A stretch of DNA of 64,000 nucleotides from the NCBI GenBank assembly GCA_965652925.1, contig CBFGXL010000004.1, positions 358-64,357 of the forward strand. The letters are read 5' to 3'. The notes under the pieces are model-generated. The model saw only the letters and a program-made list of their open reading frames with translations, searched no databases and was not told the origin of the DNA. Both the position numbers and the translations under genes were made by a program. The stretch is from an uncultured bacterium. Its GTDB lineage: Bacteria; Patescibacteriota; Minisyncoccia; Phycocordibacterales; UBA918. This document shows positions 60,350 to 64,000 of this stretch, piece by piece. The stretch's first letter is position 1. The number at the start of each line of letters is the position of its first letter.

Positions 60350-60403
60350 TACTAAGCAAATTGTCGCAAGCTCCATTTTGCTAAGTACTCGCGACCCCGC
60401 CTC
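60350..60403. repeat. tRNA-associated intergenic repeat, copy C
   Basis: GGTCACGAGTTACTAAG-N23-CTAAGTACTCGCGACCCCGCCTC. It is followed by partial copies of the tRNA-Thr 3' end: ttcaatcctg at 60425 and 60601, and gagccaatgatcaggattgaa at 60506-60526. Confidence 0.8.
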
Positions 60404-60633
60404 GCTCGTAAACATCGCTTCGGCCTTCAATCCTGAACAGAAGCGAATCAGTTCGCTTCTTTCATTGTCTTGCAGCAAAATTGCCCAGCACTATGCTGGG
60501 CAATTTTGCTGCTGAGCCAATGATCAGGATTGAAACTTACAGTTTCTGTATACCTTTTGGCTATTTCTGTTCGCTAGCTCCAGAAATAGCACAAAAGCTT
60601 TTCAATCCTGCTCCTTTTACTGCGTAAAAGTTG

Positions 60634-60691
60634 CGCACATTGGCTCATATACAAAAGACCCCGAAAAGGGGTCCTTGGATATGAGCCAATG
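60634..60691 (-). terminator. tRNA-Thr(GGT) trailer: hairpin plus inverted copy of the tRNA acceptor 3' end
   Basis: cattggctcatat-acaaaa-gacccc-gaaaa-ggggtc-cttgg-atatgagccaatg. The outer arms pair the tRNA 3' end with a downstream inverted copy. Confidence 0.6.
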
Positions 60692-60756
60692 ATCAGGATT
60701 GAACTGATGACCTCGCCCTTACCATGGGCGTGCTCTACCAACTGAGCTACATTGGC
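60684..60756 (-). tRNA. tRNA-Thr (anticodon GGT)
   Basis: Sense strand GCCAATGTAGCTCAGTTGGTAGAGCACGCCCATGGTAAGGGCGAGGTCATCAGTTCAATCCTGATCATTGGCT. Anticodon loop ATGGTAA. Confidence 0.85.
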
Positions 60757-60957
60757 AAATGAGGTCACCCCAGGGGAGAGCGGTCGCAAGACCACGATGA
60801 TCCTGGCTCATTTCCGAACAAAATCGCATTGTCGGGTTACCTGGGGTGACCATTGCCGGCATGTGGGAGGTGGAACTCCACAACAACGAAGCCGGCGCAA
60901 GCAGAATACCAAATAATGGATTGAAAACAAAGTACTCATGTACTAGGATAGAGGCCA

Positions 60958-61031
60958 CGCCACCTTAGCTCAGTTGGTAGAGCATTGCATTCGTAACGCA
61001 AAGGTCCGCAGTTCGATCCTGCGAGGTGGCT
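60958..61031 (+). tRNA. tRNA-Thr (anticodon CGT)
   Basis: GCCACCTTAGCTCAGTTGGTAGAGCATTGCATTCGTAACGCAAAGGTCCGCAGTTCGATCCTGCGAGGTGGCT. Anticodon loop TTCGTAA. It is divergent from tRNA-Thr(GGT). Confidence 0.8.
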
Positions 61032-61036
61032 CCGTT

Positions 61037-61330
61037 ATGAAAAAATTTGCTATTGCCACACTCATACTAAGTATCATCGTTGCTATTCTTCCTCTTGTAA
61101 GCATGTTCGTTGCAGGTTTTTTTGCACACATATTCGGATGTACCCTCAATGAGGCTGATGTCTCTGTTTGCCCAACGGTGTTTGGCGATATTGGCGGGAT
61201 GCTATCGCTAATGGCTCTTTTTGGATGGCTTGTTTTTTACACAGTACCGCTCGGATGCGCCGGCATACTCATAAGTATTCTCTTCTTCACCATCAGCGCT
61301 TTCAAAGCAAAGAAAGACCCCACTGTATAA
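61037..61330 (+). CDS. Small hypothetical membrane protein (98 aa)
   Basis: Its ATG lies 5 nt after the tRNA-Thr(CGT) 3' end. Three TM helices (MKKFAIATLILSIIVAILPLV...). The track ORF from 60974 overlaps the tRNA, so the start was trimmed. Confidence 0.45.
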   Translation: MKKFAIATLILSIIVAILPLVSMFVAGFFAHIFGCTLNEADVSVCPTVFGDIGGMLSLMALFGWLVFYTVPLGCAGILISILFFTISAFKAKKDPTV

Positions 61331-61331
61331 A

Positions 61332-61715
61332 CTAGAGTAATTTCCCCCGTTTAAATTCTTCCTGCGCGACCTCATCCTCATCCATGCCGAAGTGATGAGC
61401 AACTTCGTGCCACACAGTGTTCTCCACGCACTGCCGTATATCCTCCGGGTCGCTGTAGGTATCGAGTATGGCTTTTTTGAAGATGGTGATCTTATCTGGG
61501 AGCATCGGGAAATCTTCTAATCCCCGCTCCGTTTGCGGCACGCCCTCGTAGAGTCCGAACAATACCTCTCCCCTTTTTATATTGTTCTCCCTCCTTTGTA
61601 TTGGAGTCGGTTTATCCGCTATGACTATAGCGACATTACGCATCTGCCTTTTTATACCCTCGCGCAATGCATCAATACCTCCATCAACAAGTTTTAGAAA
61701 GTCTTCGTCACTCAT
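61332..61715 (-). CDS. Zinc metallopeptidase-like protein (HExxH; COG3824/DUF1025-like)
   Basis: WHEVAHHFG HExxH motif near the C-terminus. About 128 aa from MSDEDFLK. The start overlaps the upstream gene stop by 8 nt (ATGAGTGA). Confidence 0.55.
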   Translation of the reverse strand: MSDEDFLKLVDGGIDALREGIKRQMRNVAIVIADKPTPIQRRENNIKRGEVLFGLYEGVPQTERGLEDFPMLPDKITIFKKAILDTYSDPEDIRQCVENTVWHEVAHHFGMDEDEVAQEEFKRGKLL

Positions 61716-62316
61716 GTTTTTTGCTGCGATTAAACAGGTACAGAAAAGCGATTCCGAGCAGTGCGCCGCTGAAGTTGAAAATAAGGTCGAGCATTGCATT
61801 CTCGTAGCCGCCAACGCCATTACGCTCAAGGGAGATTGCGATGAGGAATTCCATGATCTCATTCATAGCAGAAACTCCCATTGATGCCATCAGTGCAATA
61901 AGTATGATGATCCACGAAGGGCCCGAGACTTTAAGCGTGGAGCGCAGCACGTGATGAAAGACAACTGCCATCACTCCATAGAGGTACGCATGCACAATTT
62001 GATCATATTTAAGGATATAGAATTCACCACCATAGTCTATAAACGGATAGATCCGATACGCGAAAAGGACGCCATCTTGGGTCTGCACTGAACCGCCAAG
62101 TATGTGCAAAAGTCCCCAGAAACTCACGAGCCACAGGATGAAGACAGGAAATTTGGTTATACGGAGCGTACCAAACAAAAGCGTGAATGCTGCCGCGATA
62201 ACAACCACATAGATAACAAACTCGAAGTTAAAGTCTTGGAGGAAATATATGCCGCCAAGCAAAAGATACGCCAGACTGAAAGCCAAAACGCCCCGCGGGG
62301 AATTGATGAATTGCAT
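61708..62316 (-). CDS. Hypothetical polytopic membrane protein
   Basis: About 200 aa with 6 or more TM helices. Translationally coupled to the downstream metallopeptidase-like gene. Start taken at MQFINSPRG. Confidence 0.4.
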   Translation of the reverse strand: MQFINSPRGVLAFSLAYLLLGGIYFLQDFNFEFVIYVVVIAAAFTLLFGTLRITKFPVFILWLVSFWGLLHILGGSVQTQDGVLFAYRIYPFIDYGGEFYILKYDQIVHAYLYGVMAVVFHHVLRSTLKVSGPSWIIILIALMASMGVSAMNEIMEFLIAISLERNGVGGYENAMLDLIFNFSGALLGIAFLYLFNRSKKHE

Positions 62317-62470
62317 ACCCCACCATTGTAGCAAAGGACAATTGCAAATATTGAGCAAAACCGCTATACTCTGCGCACTCGCAAGTAAAGCGATTCTGCG
62401 GTGGTAAGCAAAGCTTGCCCCTGCTGCGTTCGGACAAAATATGAGCTAGCTCCTATTTTGCTCCTCACTT

Positions 62471-62544
62471 GCGGTGGTAGCTCAACTGGTTAGAGCACCC
62501 GCCTGTCACGCGGGAGGTTGCGGGTTCAAGTCCCGTCTACCGCG
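62471..62544 (+). tRNA. tRNA-Asp (anticodon GTC)
   Basis: GCGGTGGTAGCTCAACTGGTTAGAGCACCCGCCTGTCACGCGGGAGGTTGCGGGTTCAAGTCCCGTCTACCGCG. Anticodon loop CTGTCAC. Palindromic terminator at 62546-62585. Confidence 0.85.
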
Positions 62545-62724
62545 CAGTATACATAAAGGCCGGCTTTATAGCCGGTCTTTATGTATACTACACCTGAGGG
62601 ACTTGAAGAGGTTGCCTGCAATTTTGAAGCATGAAAAATTGCGACAACCTGTACCGATCCTGTAAGGATCAAGTCCCTTTTTCCATTTGAAAGAAAGTGC
62701 CAAATATAGTAGTCTGTTGCTCAC

Positions 62725-62801
62725 GTCGATGTAGCTCAGTTGGTTAGAGCATCTCACTCATAAAGAGAAGGTCGCAGGTTCAATTCCCGCCATCGACACC
62801 A
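62725..62801 (+). tRNA. tRNA-Met (anticodon CAT; elongator-type or possibly Ile2/lysidine), CCA encoded
   Basis: GTCGATGTAGCTCAGTTGGTTAGAGCATCTCACTCATAAAGAGAAGGTCGCAGGTTCAATTCCCGCCATCGACACCA. G1-C72 is paired, so it is not an initiator. Terminator at 62803-62830. Confidence 0.8.
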
Positions 62802-62828
62802 ATACAAAAAGCCCCGCGAGGGCTTTTT

Positions 62829-63524
62829 TTAATCAATCTGTGTAGGACACAGTACCGCCTCTGCCTCAGTGATATGTTCCGGGTAGCCGATGGGGAGCCA
62901 CTGCGTCTGTTCGACGATCTCAACCTTGTGATCCTGTGCATACGCATTGAGCATATCAGTTACATAGAGCTCCCCGCTTGGTGAAACCGGCACCTTATAC
63001 TGGAAAATAGATGTGTCGATGACAAACCCGCCGATATTAACGAGATCGGACTTCGGGTGTTCAGGCTTCTCAACAATTTCCCGAAGCGAACCGTCCTCAT
63101 TCTGCTCAAGCACGCCAAAGCGTTCTGGTGTCTTCGAACGCATACCGAGCATGGCATGATCTTTCTTCACCACATCCTCAAGCGCATCCTTGCCATGGAT
63201 ATCATCGGCGTACATAAAGAGGAACTTTCCGCGGAGAATGTTTTTTGCGCACAAAAGCGCGTCGCCGGTTCCGCCGGCAAAATCCTCCTGAAAGACATAG
63301 CTCACTTTTCGGCCAGCATACTCTTCCTTGCAGAAGTCCATGATCTGCTCTTTGAGGTATCCGACCACAAGAACAAGCTCATCGACCTCTGGTGGTAGCG
63401 CCTCGATGATGTGCTGCAAGATCGGCTTTCCGCATACTTTGATCAAAGGTTTTGGTGTAGTCTCAGTCAGCGGCCGCATCCTCGTCCCCTTCCCTGCGCA
63501 AATGATGACGCATTGCATAGGCAC
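62829..63524 (-). CDS. Sugar-phosphate nucleotidyltransferase (NTP-transferase family)
   Basis: N-terminal CVIICAGKGTRMRPLTETTPKPL signature (GxGTRxxPxT) of RmlA/GlmU-type nucleotidyltransferases. Confidence 0.8.
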   Translation of the reverse strand: MPMQCVIICAGKGTRMRPLTETTPKPLIKVCGKPILQHIIEALPPEVDELVLVVGYLKEQIMDFCKEEYAGRKVSYVFQEDFAGGTGDALLCAKNILRGKFLFMYADDIHGKDALEDVVKKDHAMLGMRSKTPERFGVLEQNEDGSLREIVEKPEHPKSDLVNIGGFVIDTSIFQYKVPVSPSGELYVTDMLNAYAQDHKVEIVEQTQWLPIGYPEHITEAEAVLCPTQID

Positions 63525-63531
63525 AGTCTAT

Positions 63532-64000
63532 TTAGACCTCCATCTGAGGTACCGTATCAATATTAAAAAGCGCGTTGGCTTTCTCAACGTCCTCAGGAGT
63601 TGCAATTGGTATCCACTTACTCTGCTCAACAACCGCAATTGGGTATTCCTGCGCATAGCGCTCAATAACCTCAGTGAGATAGTATTCCTCTTTTACTGGT
63701 GTTTGCGGCTCAAACTTGAAAATATGTTCATCAAGCACCATAGCGCCTGTTGATGCACAGTTGCTTGGCGCATGTTCTGGCTTCTCGATCATAAGGCCGA
63801 GCGTCCCGTCAGGGTTGCGGACTACAATCCCAAATTTCTCTGGATTAGCAACTGAAGCAACCAAAAGAGATCGTGTAAAAGAAGTCGCGCGCGCGAGGTC
63901 TTCTTTGCCATGGATATCATCGGCAAACAAAAACAGAAAACGGCCTTTGATAAGGTCCTTGCACAGCCAGAGCGCTTTAGCAGTACCATTCTGCTCCTCC
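63532..64000 (-). CDS. Second sugar-phosphate nucleotidyltransferase paralog (5' end beyond window)
   Basis: The C-terminal 130 aa align with the C-terminal part of the adjacent gene (ADDIHGK...EKPEH...EIVEQ..W.PIG.PE). The reading frame stays open to the window edge. Confidence 0.6.
   Translation of the reverse strand, partial: EEQNGTAKALWLCKDLIKGRFLFLFADDIHGKEDLARATSFTRSLLVASVANPEKFGIVVRNPDGTLGLMIEKPEHAPSNCASTGAMVLDEHIFKFEPQTPVKEEYYLTEVIERYAQEYPIAVVEQSKWIPIATPEDVEKANALFNIDTVPQMEV

Noticed and set aside
60574-60958. ORFs 60574-60795 and 60719-60958
   Set aside because: They overlap tRNA-Thr(GGT) and the non-coding scar region. They have no coding signal.
62474-62665. 63-aa ORF
   Set aside because: It overlaps tRNA-Asp and its terminator, so it is spurious.
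1-64000. CRISPR arrays, rRNA genes, transposases or integrases
   Set aside because: I found no regularly spaced direct repeats with unique spacers, no rRNA-like conserved segments, and no DDE/tyrosine-recombinase-like ORFs. The only repeats are the tRNA-associated family and the 306-bp tandem duplication.

Overview
This window reads as a gene-dense, mostly housekeeping region from a small-genome bacterium with about 48-50% GC. The short S1, 720-aa ValRS, 291-aa RF2 and the generally small proteins fit a CPR/Patescibacteria-like lineage; that is inference from composition and gene content, not a database hit. The core genes are rpsA, pth, lepB, a hisS-like gene, rpsU, ybeY, ftsA, ftsZ, trxB, glmS, tsaC, tsaD, valS, lepA, murJ, pyrG, ftsX, ftsE, prfB and nhaA. 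I call nine tRNAs (Glu, Val, Phe, Arg, Gln, Thr-GGT, Thr-CGT, Asp, Met) and an RNase P RNA (rnpB) on the minus strand, none of which the ORF track can show. The most unusual features are these: (1) a conserved ~65-nt intergenic repeat family (GGTCACGARTTACTAAG...CTAAGTACTCTCGACCCCGCCTC) in 4-5 copies, always downstream of a minus-strand tRNA and upstream of the next minus-strand gene, accompanied by degenerate copies of tRNA 3' ends, including a pseudo-tRNA-Gln; (2) a perfect 306-bp in-frame tandem duplication inside a GT-C-type membrane glycosyltransferase, which sits in an envelope-glycan module with an FAD oxidoreductase, a GtrA-like protein and an EEP phosphoesterase; (3) a ~390-nt promoter-to-terminator unit with no credible ORF, which is a candidate structured ncRNA; (4) a ~60% GC island carrying a 55-aa GC-rich ORF and a structured leader; (5) tRNA trailers whose terminator hairpins pair with, or sit beside inverted copies of, the tRNA 3' end; (6) several small operons of unknown function (kinase-like + 73-aa protein, baeRF-like + DUF2795, HEPN-like ORF fused behind tRNA-Glu). 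I found no CRISPR array, no rRNA and no clear transposase.
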